A stretch of 64,000 nucleotides of DNA from Patescibacteria group bacterium (GCA_038206475.1 JBBRAU010000001.1:3317-67316), one strand, 5' to 3'. Shown: positions 9,429 through 19,717, numbered from the stretch's first letter. The notes: generated by a model not told the origin, from the sequence alone. Program-made: numbers and translations.

Positions 9429-10040
9429 ATGAGCCAACTGCTCGAATTTTTGGCCAACCTCGTCATATCTGTCATCAGCCACAGCGGGCTGCTGGGAGTG
9501 GCCGGCTTGATGACCCTAGAGTCGACCGGCATTCCCATTCCGTCTGAGGTGATTATGCCTTTTGCCGGTTTCCTGGCCGCAAATGGCCAATTGAGCTTTT
9601 GGTTGGCGGTTCTGGCCGGAACAATCGGCAATATAGCCGGCAGTCTGGTTGCTTATTATATTGCCGCCGTTGGCGGCCGGTCGCTAGTGGAGCGCTACGG
9701 TCGAGTTGTACTGCTATCCAAACGTGATTTAGACCAGAGTGAGCAGTGGTTCAAACGCTATGGCGGTCCGATGGTGCTCGTTGGCCGGCTGCTGCCCATT
9801 ATCCGTACCTACATCTCCTTTCCGGCCGGCCTGGCTGAGATGCCGCTTGGGCCATTTGTGGCTTACACTGCCGTGGGTTCGCTGTTTTGGTCCTGGTTGC
9901 TCGCTTGGTTTGGGTTCACCGCTGGCAACAACTGGGAGGCGCTGCGTGGCCGTTTCCATGGCTTTGACACCGCTATTGCGGCGCTGATTATGCTGGGCAT
10001 TATCTGGTGGATTTGGCGCCATGTGCGATCCTCCCATTGA
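9429..10040 (+). CDS. DedA/SNARE-associated (TVP38) family membrane protein
   Basis: Conserved E..GIPIPSE..G motif and TM topology. Confidence 0.8.
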   Translation: MSQLLEFLANLVISVISHSGLLGVAGLMTLESTGIPIPSEVIMPFAGFLAANGQLSFWLAVLAGTIGNIAGSLVAYYIAAVGGRSLVERYGRVVLLSKRDLDQSEQWFKRYGGPMVLVGRLLPIIRTYISFPAGLAEMPLGPFVAYTAVGSLFWSWLLAWFGFTAGNNWEALRGRFHGFDTAIAALIMLGIIWWIWRHVRSSH

Positions 10041-10191
10041 CAGCACAACATCTATGAGCCGCTGGCACGAACGCGTGCTTGACAGACAAGAGGCTAATGT
10101 CTAGCCTATACTTGATGAACGTCTACACCACATCGCTTCTGCTGGCTCTTACCCATCCGCGACGCGGTTAGTTTTCACCTACCGGAAAACA

Positions 10192-10216
10192 AGAACCGCG
10201 TCAGCGGTTTTTTGTT
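10192..10216 (+). terminator. Rho-independent terminator
   Basis: aaccgcg tca gcggtt followed by T6. Confidence 0.5.
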
Positions 10217-10245
10217 TCCCCATTTGTTCCTGAAGGGAAACGGAA

Positions 10246-10497
10246 ATGATTGCCGTCCGCACCTCGCCGTCCGACGATCCTCGGGCAAGTGATCTGGTCT
10301 TGATGGTGGTCAAACTGCTTCGCCGCAGCATTATCGAGCAGATGGTCCATGTTACTTTCACCGGTAACGCGCTTGAGATTGCAGTTGATGCCAACCAAAT
10401 CGTTATCACGGCGCCGGAAGCGGCCCGCTGTGATGAAGCGATCTTCTCTCACACGGTCCTCACAGTGGCCGAGCGGCTGCGCGGGAAGCTGATCTAG
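10246..10497 (+). CDS. Hypothetical small protein (83 aa), ends 6 nt before a tRNA-like gene
   Basis: SD AAGGGA 7 nt upstream. Codon usage is coding-like. No detectable family. Confidence 0.3.
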   Translation: MIAVRTSPSDDPRASDLVLMVVKLLRRSIIEQMVHVTFTGNALEIAVDANQIVITAPEAARCDEAIFSHTVLTVAERLRGKLI

Positions 10498-10503
10498 CGG
10501 CTT

Positions 10504-10580
10504 GAGGAGGTGGTCGCAACAGGCAGCGACGGAGGGCTGAGGACCCTCAGGCGTCGGTTCGAACCCGGTCCTCCTCACCA
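10504..10580 (+). tRNA. Atypical tRNA, anticodon GAG, class I shape (4-nt variable loop), A73, encoded CCA
   Basis: Manual cloverleaf fold. Acceptor gaggagg/cctcctc. D-stem gucg/cgac. Anticodon stem gaggg/cccuc with loop CUGAGGA (U33, G37). T-arm gucgg-UUCGAAC-ccggu. 3'-terminal ACCA. Confidence 0.5.
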
Positions 10581-10583
10581 CTT

Positions 10584-10613
10584 TCCCTTCGCCAACCGCG
10601 AGGGGATTTTTTT
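10584..10613 (+). terminator. Rho-independent terminator after the tRNA(GAG)
   Basis: tcccttcg ccaacc gcgagggga followed by T7. Confidence 0.55.
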
Positions 10614-10825
10614 ATGCCAATCCATTGGAGCCCGGCTTTTCTGGTTATCCCACGTCAAGCAGGCAACCTCTTGACAATCCGCTTGACTGGGTTAAGCTAT
10701 TTTCATGGTCACGTCATGCCGTCTCGACCACGTCTTTACCCAGGCCTCCGTCTGGCAGATTCGTTTTGCCAATAACAAGACGGGGTGTGCGGCGCTGTAA
10801 TCACACGATTTCCTCTGTGTTACAC

Positions 10826-10854
10826 CGCGCCGCTCCCACGAGCGGCGTTTTTTA
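10826..10854 (+). terminator. Rho-independent terminator
   Basis: cgccgctc ccac gagcggcg followed by T6. Confidence 0.55.
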
Positions 10855-10878
10855 GCTCATTGATTGCAATCAATGAGC
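10855..10878. promoter_or_regulatory. Perfect 24-bp palindrome GCTCATTGATTG/CAATCAATGAGC (candidate operator)
   Basis: Exact reverse-complement symmetry. Lies between a terminator and two SD-preceded small ORFs. Confidence 0.5.
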
Positions 10879-10937
10879 ACACCCGAGCGTTTTGCCCCTC
10901 GATAACCTGCGCCACCCGTCTCAGAAGGGAGACATCT

Positions 10938-11117
10938 GTGGACCAGCTGATCACGAAATCGGCCAAACAACCCGCGCAGCCGCTGGATGTGAAGCCGGAA
11001 GACATCCAGCACAACGGCGACAAAGAGCGGTGGCGTGGTCTGCCGCTGCGGATCGACCCACACACCAAGTGCCTGACTCTGGCTCCACTATCGCGCTGCG
11101 TCGCTAGCGCCTGGTAA
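10938..11117 (+). CDS. Small hypothetical protein (59 aa, GTG start)
   Basis: SD GGGAG 6 nt upstream of the GTG. In frame with track ORF 10785..11117, but the upstream part of that ORF contains the terminator and palindrome. Confidence 0.3.
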   Translation: MDQLITKSAKQPAQPLDVKPEDIQHNGDKERWRGLPLRIDPHTKCLTLAPLSRCVASAW

Positions 11118-11129
11118 AGGAGATTCCTC

Positions 11130-11297
11130 GTGGACAACAACCGGGACAACTGGCGCATTCTCCGCACCGAACAGGTACGAGAAAAACCGCGTAACGCCAT
11201 CAATCCAGACGCCACGCGTGAACAAAAGCCCCCTCCGTCCAAGGTGTCCAACAAAGCGCGCGACCGCGTCAAAGACTGCTGCTATTTTACGCACTAG
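11130..11297 (+). CDS. Small basic hydrophilic protein (55 aa, GTG start)
   Basis: SD AAGGAG 7 nt upstream. Followed by an intrinsic terminator. Confidence 0.3.
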   Translation: MDNNRDNWRILRTEQVREKPRNAINPDATREQKPPPSKVSNKARDRVKDCCYFTH

Positions 11298-11307
11298 CAC
11301 TACTCTC

Positions 11308-11337
11308 AGGCCAAGGTAAAACCTTGGCCTTTTCTTT
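11308..11337 (+). terminator. Rho-independent terminator
   Basis: ggccaagg taaaa ccttggcc followed by ttttcttt. Confidence 0.55.
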
Positions 11338-11377
11338 ATGCCTGACAAAAGAAGCTGTTTTCTGCTACGCTCGCAGC

Positions 11378-12637
11378 ATGCCTATTCATCAATCCACTCT
11401 CAAAAACGGCGTCCGTTTGGTGGTCGCCCCCATGACCGGAACCGAGACCGCCACCGTGTTGGCCATGTTTGGCACCGGTTCGCGAGCTGAAGTACCGACC
11501 GAAATGGGCATCGCCCACTTCACCGAGCACCTCTTTTTTAAAGGCACACCCAAGCGCCCGACCACGTTAGACGTGGCGGCAGCCATTGAAGATGTCGGTG
11601 GCGAGTTTAACGCCTTTACCGACAAAGAGCATACTGCCTACTACACCAAACTGCCGGCCAAACACCTGGAGCGCGGTTTTGACTTTATCTCTGACCTGGT
11701 CAGCCATCCCCTGCTGCCAGAAGATGAAGTTGAGCGCGAAAAAAGCGTCATCATCGAAGAGATCAACATGTACGAAGATACGCCGATGCGCAACGTGGCC
11801 GAGATTATCGATACCACGGTTTGGGGCGACACCCCGATGGGCTGGCCGATTGCCGGTACCCGCGAGACCGTGACTGCCATTTCACGCCAGCAGGTAGCCG
11901 ATTTCATCAAAACACACTACACGGCTGAGAATTTAGTGTTGGTTATCACCGGCAACGTCACCGAGCAAAACGTACAAGAGCTGGCCGCGCAGTATTTTGG
12001 CCAACTGCCCTCGCCGGCGCCGGCCAAACCGGTCGCGGCCACACTCACGGTCGGTCCGCGCCAAATGATCAAAACCAAAGCCACCGAGCAAACACACTTT
12101 GTGCTGGCTTTCCCCACCTTTGCTATTTCTGACCCGCGGCGACCGATTCTGCGCGTCCTGGCCACTTTGCTCGGCGGCGGCATGAGCTCGCGGCTGTTCA
12201 TTTCGGTCCGCGAGCGTCAAGGCCTCTGCTACTACATTCATGCCCAAGCCCAGCAGTTCAGCGACACCGGTTTGCTGCAAATTCAAGCCGGCGTTGACAC
12301 CACCCGCCTGAACCAGGCGCTGCAAGCCACTGCCAAAGAAGTAGCCCGCCTGAAGTCGGAGTTAGCTGAGCCGGCCGAGCTGCAGCGGGCGAAAGAAATT
12401 ATTAAAGGCCGCCTACTTATTCGCATGGAAGACTCTGAGGAGCTGGCTAACCTGTTTGCCAACCAACTCAGTACCGGCCAGTCGTTGCAAACACCGGATG
12501 ATCTAATTGCGCAAATTGATAATGTGACCTCTGAGCAGGTTAAAACCTTGGCTGAAGAATTGTTCGTCTCTCCAGAGTTGAGCTTGGCCACCGTCGGCCC
12601 TGTCAAGGCCGAAGAGATTACGACATTGTCAGTCTAG
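11378..12637 (+). CDS. M16-family (insulinase-like) zinc peptidase
   Basis: Inverted zinc motif HxxEH (HFTEHLFFKG). M16 N- and C-domains. Start taken at MPIHQSTLKNG. Confidence 0.85.
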   Translation: MPIHQSTLKNGVRLVVAPMTGTETATVLAMFGTGSRAEVPTEMGIAHFTEHLFFKGTPKRPTTLDVAAAIEDVGGEFNAFTDKEHTAYYTKLPAKHLERGFDFISDLVSHPLLPEDEVEREKSVIIEEINMYEDTPMRNVAEIIDTTVWGDTPMGWPIAGTRETVTAISRQQVADFIKTHYTAENLVLVITGNVTEQNVQELAAQYFGQLPSPAPAKPVAATLTVGPRQMIKTKATEQTHFVLAFPTFAISDPRRPILRVLATLLGGGMSSRLFISVRERQGLCYYIHAQAQQFSDTGLLQIQAGVDTTRLNQALQATAKEVARLKSELAEPAELQRAKEIIKGRLLIRMEDSEELANLFANQLSTGQSLQTPDDLIAQIDNVTSEQVKTLAEELFVSPELSLATVGPVKAEEITTLSV

Positions 12638-12647
12638 AAAGGACGTC

Positions 12648-13250
12648 ATGGACAACCCCCAAAAAGAACGCACCGTGGTCATTATCAAGCCCGATGGTGT
12701 GCAACTTGGTGCCACGGGTGAAATTTTAGCCCGTCTCGAAAAGCGTGGCCTCAAGCTGGTTGGCATTAAAATGGTCAAACCGACGCGTGATCATTTAGAC
12801 AAGCACTACAACGCTACCGACGCTTGGCTGACCGGCCTCGGTGACAAAACCTACAATGCCTTCGCTGAGTTTGGTTGGGACGTCAAAGAAAAGATGGGCA
12901 CTGACGACAAACTGGAGATTGGCAAAAAGGTTAAGAATTGGCTGGTCAATTACATGCAAGAGGCGCCGCTTGTTGCCATGGTGCTTGAGGGCATGCACGC
13001 CGTGTCGACCGTCCGCAAAACCATCGGCCACACCATTCCCATTCAGGCGGAGCCGGGCAGCATTCGGGCCGACTTCTCGACTGATTCCAACACCGCCGCC
13101 AATATTGAACAGCGAGCTGTGCGTAACGTTATTCACGCCTCAGGCAATGTCGAGGAAGCCAATTTTGAAATTACTCACTGGTTTGCGCCCCAGGAACTAT
13201 TTGACTATCAGCGCGCCTCTGAGCCAGCCATGTTCGGCCCAAGCAAGTAG
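12648..13250 (+). CDS. ndk: Nucleoside-diphosphate kinase with ~50-aa internal insertion
   Basis: VIIKPDGV N-terminus and active-site NVIHAS. 200 aa versus the typical ~140 aa. Confidence 0.85.
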   Translation: MDNPQKERTVVIIKPDGVQLGATGEILARLEKRGLKLVGIKMVKPTRDHLDKHYNATDAWLTGLGDKTYNAFAEFGWDVKEKMGTDDKLEIGKKVKNWLVNYMQEAPLVAMVLEGMHAVSTVRKTIGHTIPIQAEPGSIRADFSTDSNTAANIEQRAVRNVIHASGNVEEANFEITHWFAPQELFDYQRASEPAMFGPSK

Positions 13251-13282
13251 CCGAAAACGAACCGAGCCTATAACTTCATATA

Positions 13283-13310
13283 AAAATCCCCGGGTAACCG
13301 GGGTTTTTGG
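13283..13310 (+). terminator. Rho-independent terminator after ndk
   Basis: tccccgg gtaa ccgggg followed by T5. Confidence 0.6.
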
Positions 13311-13637
13311 GTCACTGACGGCAGACGTCCACTACCAGACGCATCACTGGGCGGCTGCTCCTGCCCTACCAGATGCTGATGTTGGTAGGCCTGTTGCGGA
13401 CAACAAGTTGCCGGTCTCGGCCTTCCGAGGCGCAAACGAGACACTGCATTGTAACGCGCCCCTTTGGCTGAGATCAGCTGCCTGCGTGGCACTGAACGTC
13501 ATGATGTGACCGTTTGGACATATCGCCGCCATATCATCCTCCACAGCATGGTGCAAAGTAATATGTATTAATATAACGCCCTTACGTCATATGTCAATAT
13601 GGCAACTGGCGTAGCACTCCGGTAGGCTAAAAGCGTT

Positions 13638-14735
13638 ATGGCTACCCCTGCCCTTCTCGCTCTCTTGCTCAGTTTTGGTTTGGCCGCGGCAATTGACCAG
13701 TTGGCCCGCCGCCATAAAATCGGCCTGGCCATCCCTCGCCCGCGCGATCTGCACACTGAGCCGACGCCACGCTGGGGCGGCCTGGCCATCTTTGTGAGTT
13801 TCTGTCTGATTACGATCTTCTGGCAGCAGCTGCATCCTGATCAATTTGCCGGTCTCAACTTCCCGTTTGCCCTGCTCGGCTGGTCTATTGATAAGCGCTT
13901 GCTGGGCATTCTGCTCGGCGGCCTGGTGTTAACGGTTGTCATGCTGATAGACGACTGGCGCGGTCTGCCGGTCAGCTGGAAGCTGCTTGGCCAGATTGTA
14001 TCGGCGGCGATTGTCGTCGCCTCAAGCGTGGAGCTGTCCAGTTTTCGGCTGCCACTGGGCCACCTCGCTACTATTAACCTGTGGCAAATCCCTGTTCAGC
14101 TGGGCAATGTCACGTACCACCTTGTGCCGGTCGCTGACCTACTGCTCATCTTTTGGCTGGTGCTGCTAATGAACGCCATGAACTTTTTGGACGGGCTGGA
14201 CGGCTTGGCCACCAGTGTTGGCGCGATCGCCACCGTCACAATCATCCTCTTGTCACTAACTACCATCGTCAACCAGCCGGCAATCGCCCTACTCGGCTTC
14301 ATTTTACTTGGCTCACTGTTTGGATTTCTGCCCTGGAATTGGCACCCGGCCCGCCTCTTTCTGGGCGACTCCGGCGCAACCTTGATTGGTTTTTTGCTTG
14401 GTGTGCTATCAGTTATCTCCGGCAGCAAAGTGGCCACCTTGGGGTTGGTGCTAGGTTTGCCCATCCTCGATTTAGCATTTGTGTTCATCAGCCGCTTGCT
14501 GCAGCATAAAAACCCTTTCAAGTCGCCCGGCCAAGACCACCTGCACCATCGACTACTCAAGGCCGGCCTATCAGTGCCGCAAACGACCTTGCTCTACACC
14601 AGCCTGGCCGGTCTCCTGGGCCTGTCGACACTCATGACCGGCACTAACGGCAAGTTTGTCGTGCTGCTGATTGTGCTTGTCGCCTTGGCTGGCCTGATTA
14701 GTTATCTCAATTTGCGGCTGGCCAAAGCCCGCTGA
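13638..14735 (+). CDS. MraY/WecA-family polyprenyl-phosphate sugar-1-phosphate transferase (GT4 family)
   Basis: NAMNFLDGLDGL motif; ~10 TM helices; 365 aa. Confidence 0.8.
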   Translation: MATPALLALLLSFGLAAAIDQLARRHKIGLAIPRPRDLHTEPTPRWGGLAIFVSFCLITIFWQQLHPDQFAGLNFPFALLGWSIDKRLLGILLGGLVLTVVMLIDDWRGLPVSWKLLGQIVSAAIVVASSVELSSFRLPLGHLATINLWQIPVQLGNVTYHLVPVADLLLIFWLVLLMNAMNFLDGLDGLATSVGAIATVTIILLSLTTIVNQPAIALLGFILLGSLFGFLPWNWHPARLFLGDSGATLIGFLLGVLSVISGSKVATLGLVLGLPILDLAFVFISRLLQHKNPFKSPGQDHLHHRLLKAGLSVPQTTLLYTSLAGLLGLSTLMTGTNGKFVVLLIVLVALAGLISYLNLRLAKAR

Positions 14736-15301
14736 TGCTGGACATTCAATTTGAAGGCCAAAAAGAGGGCGAGGAGGTGTTTGCCCTCTTTCACAAGAGC
14801 CTCTGGTCACACCTTAAGACACTCATCTGGACCCCCATTTTTATTGGCGGCGTCATCTGGAGTGTAGTTAGTTTTGGCTTTTCGGCACCGACCTCGGTTG
14901 CCTTAGCTATTGCCGTCATCGGACTCTTGTACAGTATTGGCCGGCCGGTGTACTTGTGGGCCAACAACCTCTATTTGGTCACCAATTTACGCATCATTGC
15001 GCTTGAGCAAAATGGCTTTCTCGACCGTAGCCTGTCGGAGAGCTACCTCGACGACGTCTGTCAGGTGACCGCCAACGTGCGCGGACCAGTGGCGGCCATG
15101 TTTGGCTTTGGTAATGTGCTTGTGCAAACCGAGGCTGAGCTGTGGCTCAAGCAAGTCGAGAGCCCGTACGACGTCAAACACGCCATCTTCCAGGCTGTCG
15201 AAGAGCGCAAACGCTCAGAAAAAGATGCTGTCCCGGACCGGCGTGACACGCACGCTGAGCGTATCCGCGACAAGCTCAAAGAGCGCCCGATTATCCGCTA
15301 A
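14735..15301 (+). CDS. Membrane protein with bacterial PH-like (bPH_2/YdbT-like) domain
   Basis: Two N-terminal TM helices followed by a beta-rich domain. TGATG overlap with the upstream gene. Confidence 0.5.
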   Translation: MLDIQFEGQKEGEEVFALFHKSLWSHLKTLIWTPIFIGGVIWSVVSFGFSAPTSVALAIAVIGLLYSIGRPVYLWANNLYLVTNLRIIALEQNGFLDRSLSESYLDDVCQVTANVRGPVAAMFGFGNVLVQTEAELWLKQVESPYDVKHAIFQAVEERKRSEKDAVPDRRDTHAERIRDKLKERPIIR

Positions 15302-15427
15302 CACATTGACTAAAGCGTCACTATGGGCTACTATATTGACGTAGTCAATTGATCTTCCCCCTGATCAGTTGGCTACATTTTTATGCCCGAACAGATGCGT
15401 TCAGCACCGCTCCAAGGCGGTTTTTTA

Positions 15428-16132
15428 TTAGCCTTCGCCGAGCTTGGCCGGCTCTGATTGCGCCCAAAACACTTCAAACAGCATCTTCATGGTCTGGTAC
15501 AGCTCAAGGCTTTCGATTAAAATGCCAAACCCCTCTTTGCGCGAGGTCAAAAAGCCGACTTTGCCAGTATCAAAGATACCAATCGCCATCGGAATATCCA
15601 TGCTTGCAGGCGCAAACCGCAAATCACGATTAGCCATTTCGCCATGTTTGGCCCCACCCCATTCGGCGGCTTGCCCACGAAAGCGAATAGCTCTGAGATG
15701 AATGCCTAGCTCAATGTCGCGTTGAACAATCTTTCCCATGAGCTCTGAGCCACCGACCATCTCAACCACCTGCTCAGTCGGCCAGATCCACAACACTTCG
15801 TGTGACTTCCACTCTTCAAGCATAATCTGCTGCATCTGAACCGGGCCTTCAAAGTAGCTGATCTTGGGCTTCTTGGTTGACACGTTGTACAGGCTCAAAA
15901 ACTCCGGCAACGCCTGCTCAAGCTCAGCTAAACGACGCTTTTGTAACTCGATAATGTTCTCTGGTGGCCGCGCCTTGTAGTGTGTACGACCTCTGATTTC
16001 AGCTTGGTCGATCAGCCCCAGCTCCACCAAGCGGTCAATAAAGTAATAAATGGACGTGCGCTTGACACCTGAGCGGGCAGCAAAACCAGCAAGCTGTACG
16101 TCACCGGCACCATCAAAAAAAACCGTCGGCAC
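15428..16132 (-). CDS. TrmB-family transcriptional regulator (start uncertain; GTG at 16132 proposed)
   Basis: wHTH AGFAARSGVKRTSIYYFIDRLVELGLID plus a TrmB-like C-terminal domain. The track ORF has a 95-codon N-terminal extension that is not protein-like. Confidence 0.55.
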   Translation of the reverse strand: MPTVFFDGAGDVQLAGFAARSGVKRTSIYYFIDRLVELGLIDQAEIRGRTHYKARPPENIIELQKRRLAELEQALPEFLSLYNVSTKKPKISYFEGPVQMQQIMLEEWKSHEVLWIWPTEQVVEMVGGSELMGKIVQRDIELGIHLRAIRFRGQAAEWGGAKHGEMANRDLRFAPASMDIPMAIGIFDTGKVGFLTSRKEGFGILIESLELYQTMKMLFEVFWAQSEPAKLGEG

Positions 16133-16559
16133 TTTCGTGTTTGGCCAGTCCGTCAAGGACTGGTACCAAGTGTACGGCGGCCTGACCGTGGCTCTCGCGC
16201 CGTATATCGAGTTGGCGCTCGGCGCCGGACATGAGTAAAGACCAAACCAAGACACGCATCGGTGGCTCCATCTGGCTCGGCCAGAAGAAAGTTTCCGCCA
16301 TCTGGTTGTTCGAGCGCGGAGGCTCGGGCAATTGGAACCAGCTCCGCCTGAAGTACCAACTCGGTAAACGAGTTGGCGTTGGATACATATCAGACACGTT
16401 CCAGGGTCAAGACCCACGCCTTGACCTGTCGCTCGGTAAAACGAGCAACGTCTGGGTGGCTCGCACCCAGAGGGTCACAATCCTGGGGGTGAAACAGGTT
16501 TTTTAATAAACCCTCCAAACCTGGCTCCTTACTGTTTTGTAAGGGGCTTTTTGTATGCC

Positions 16560-16589
16560 CTTGACCAAAATGTCAAGTTTGCTTTACAA
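16560..16589 (+). promoter_or_regulatory. groES promoter TTGACC-18-TACAAT with inverted repeat TTGAC-N6-GTCAA
   Basis: ttgacc at 16560-16565; tacaat at 16584-16589; the inverted repeat ttgac caaaat gtcaa overlaps the -35. Confidence 0.5.
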
Positions 16590-16661
16590 TTGGGACACAA
16601 AAGAGAGGGCGGGCAGATCTTTGGGCCGCCCGATGAGAAAAGAAGCAAGAGGAGGTTTTGC

Positions 16662-16949
16662 ATGGCAAAACTGAAACCGCTGGGCGACCGCGTATTGGTA
16701 CGTCCACTGCAGCAACAGGAGATGACCAAGTCAGGCATCGTACTGCCCGAGAGCTCAAAAGAGAAGCCGCAAGAAGGCGAAGTGTTAGCGGTTGGCGCCG
16801 GCAAATACATTGACGGCAAACTGCAGCCACTGGATGTACAGGTTGGCCAAAAGGTACTGTTCTCGAAGTACGCGCCAAACGACGTCAAAATTGACGGCGA
16901 AGAGCTGTACATCATGTCCGAAGGCGACATTTTAGGAATCCTGGAATAA
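16662..16949 (+). CDS. groES: Co-chaperonin GroES
   Basis: MAKLKPLGDRVLV...GDILGILE, 95 aa, with SD AGGAGG. Confidence 0.95.
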   Translation: MAKLKPLGDRVLVRPLQQQEMTKSGIVLPESSKEKPQEGEVLAVGAGKYIDGKLQPLDVQVGQKVLFSKYAPNDVKIDGEELYIMSEGDILGILE

Positions 16950-17198
16950 ACAACTTGCGGCAGAGGACACTCCCGCTTGACGGGTGGCCGCGCAGCAAGC
17001 GCATCGGATGTCCACGCGGTGGCCTAGGGGGATGTGTGAAGGGGGAAGGGTTACCCCAAGGAAGCGAAGCTTCTTTGGGAACCCGGATATGGCCAGTCGC
17101 AACTTCGAGTATCCTCCTTCGCAACAACCACTACTCGCCACATTAATTATCAAGATTGCTTCGTCACTCCGCACCTCGCAATGACAAGTAATAACTAG

Positions 17199-18842
<1,644 letters not shown>

Positions 18843-18869
18843 CAAGCACTCGCGAAAGAGAAATCTTCA

Positions 18870-18897
18870 AAAAGAGCCCACGATGGGCTCTTTTTGT
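18870..18897 (+). terminator. Rho-independent terminator after groEL
   Basis: agagccca cgat gggctct followed by T5. Confidence 0.6.
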
Positions 18898-18962
18898 TGA
18901 CAAACGCTAAATAGAACTATAATGAGATTGTATATCACTTCCCGCTCAGTAAAGGAGGAACC

Positions 18963-19226
18963 ATGGGAAGACATCTCACCTTTCAATCCGTGCTGGGCGC
19001 CTTCTGTGGAGGCTGGATCGGCACCCTACTCGCGCTCAACTCAGCAATCGGCTTCTACTGGGGACTTCTATTCGGCATGTTCATCGGCGGCTTAGTGAGC
19101 GCTGAACCAGAGCTGGCACAGGCGGTCAAAGACGCTTTTCAGTCTGAGCTGTGGACACGGAAAGGGTTGGAACGCACCTCGATTCGCATTCTCGGTCGCG
19201 TCTCCTGCGCTCTGACTATCTCCTAG
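18963..19226 (+). CDS. Membrane protein, N-terminal segment (87 aa), ends at an in-frame TAG
   Basis: Strong SD AAAGGAGG. Two TM helices. Same reading frame as ORF 19281..19712. Confidence 0.45.
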   Translation: MGRHLTFQSVLGAFCGGWIGTLLALNSAIGFYWGLLFGMFIGGLVSAEPELAQAVKDAFQSELWTRKGLERTSIRILGRVSCALTIS

Positions 19227-19280
19227 GGAATCGCGCTGGCTCTCTGGCTTTTATCCATCGCAGAAGGCATCCACATAGGC

Positions 19281-19712
19281 TTGCGCTTCGGACACTGGGC
19301 GTTGGGCTGCACCTGCCTCTTCTTCCCATTCTGCTTCGCCGGTGTCAGCATCTGGTGCTGGTGGTACGAAAAACACGCCATGGACTACAATCATGCTGGC
19401 CAGCGCGAGCAGTACCAAGACATGCATGGCACCTGGATCCTCCTCGGCAATCCGATCTCGGCATCGATCATCATTGTCGGTTATGCCTTGTTCCTGGGGT
19501 ATGAGTGCCTACAATCGATATGGAATGCCCTTCTCGGCGGCCTTCACTGTCTTACGGCACTCCACCAGGTACCGTTCGCCATGATTGGTGCAGCAGCTGG
19601 CACGACAATCGGTTACTTCACCAATAGCTCGCTCAGCGGTGGCGCCATCGGTGCACTCATTGCCTTGGCTTTTGTCGAGTTACGAACCTGGGCACCGCAA
19701 CTTCGTCGGTAA
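19281..19712 (+). CDS. Membrane protein, C-terminal segment (143 aa). Same frame as 18963..19226, separated by a single TAG at 19224-19226
   Basis: Both coordinates are congruent mod 3. The 18 codons between them (GIALALWLLSIAEGIHIG) are open and hydrophobic. Confidence 0.45.
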   Translation: MRFGHWALGCTCLFFPFCFAGVSIWCWWYEKHAMDYNHAGQREQYQDMHGTWILLGNPISASIIIVGYALFLGYECLQSIWNALLGGLHCLTALHQVPFAMIGAAAGTTIGYFTNSSLSGGAIGALIALAFVELRTWAPQLRR

Positions 19713-19717
19713 TAGCC

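Noticed and set aside
10504-10580. Considered whether the T-arm/ACCA-ending element is the 3' tRNA-like domain of tmRNA (ssrA).
   Set aside because: The 77 nt form a complete contiguous cloverleaf including D- and anticodon arms. No tag-peptide reading frame or pseudoknot body is adjacent. tmRNA architecture does not fit.
13313-13637. 325-nt ORF-free region upstream of the MraY/WecA-like gene, examined for RNase P RNA, SRP RNA, 6S, or a riboswitch.
   Set aside because: No P4 (AGGAAAGUCCGGGCUCC/ACAGAACCCGGCUUA) or SRP domain IV motifs. Only one 7-bp hairpin. Insufficient evidence for a specific RNA family.
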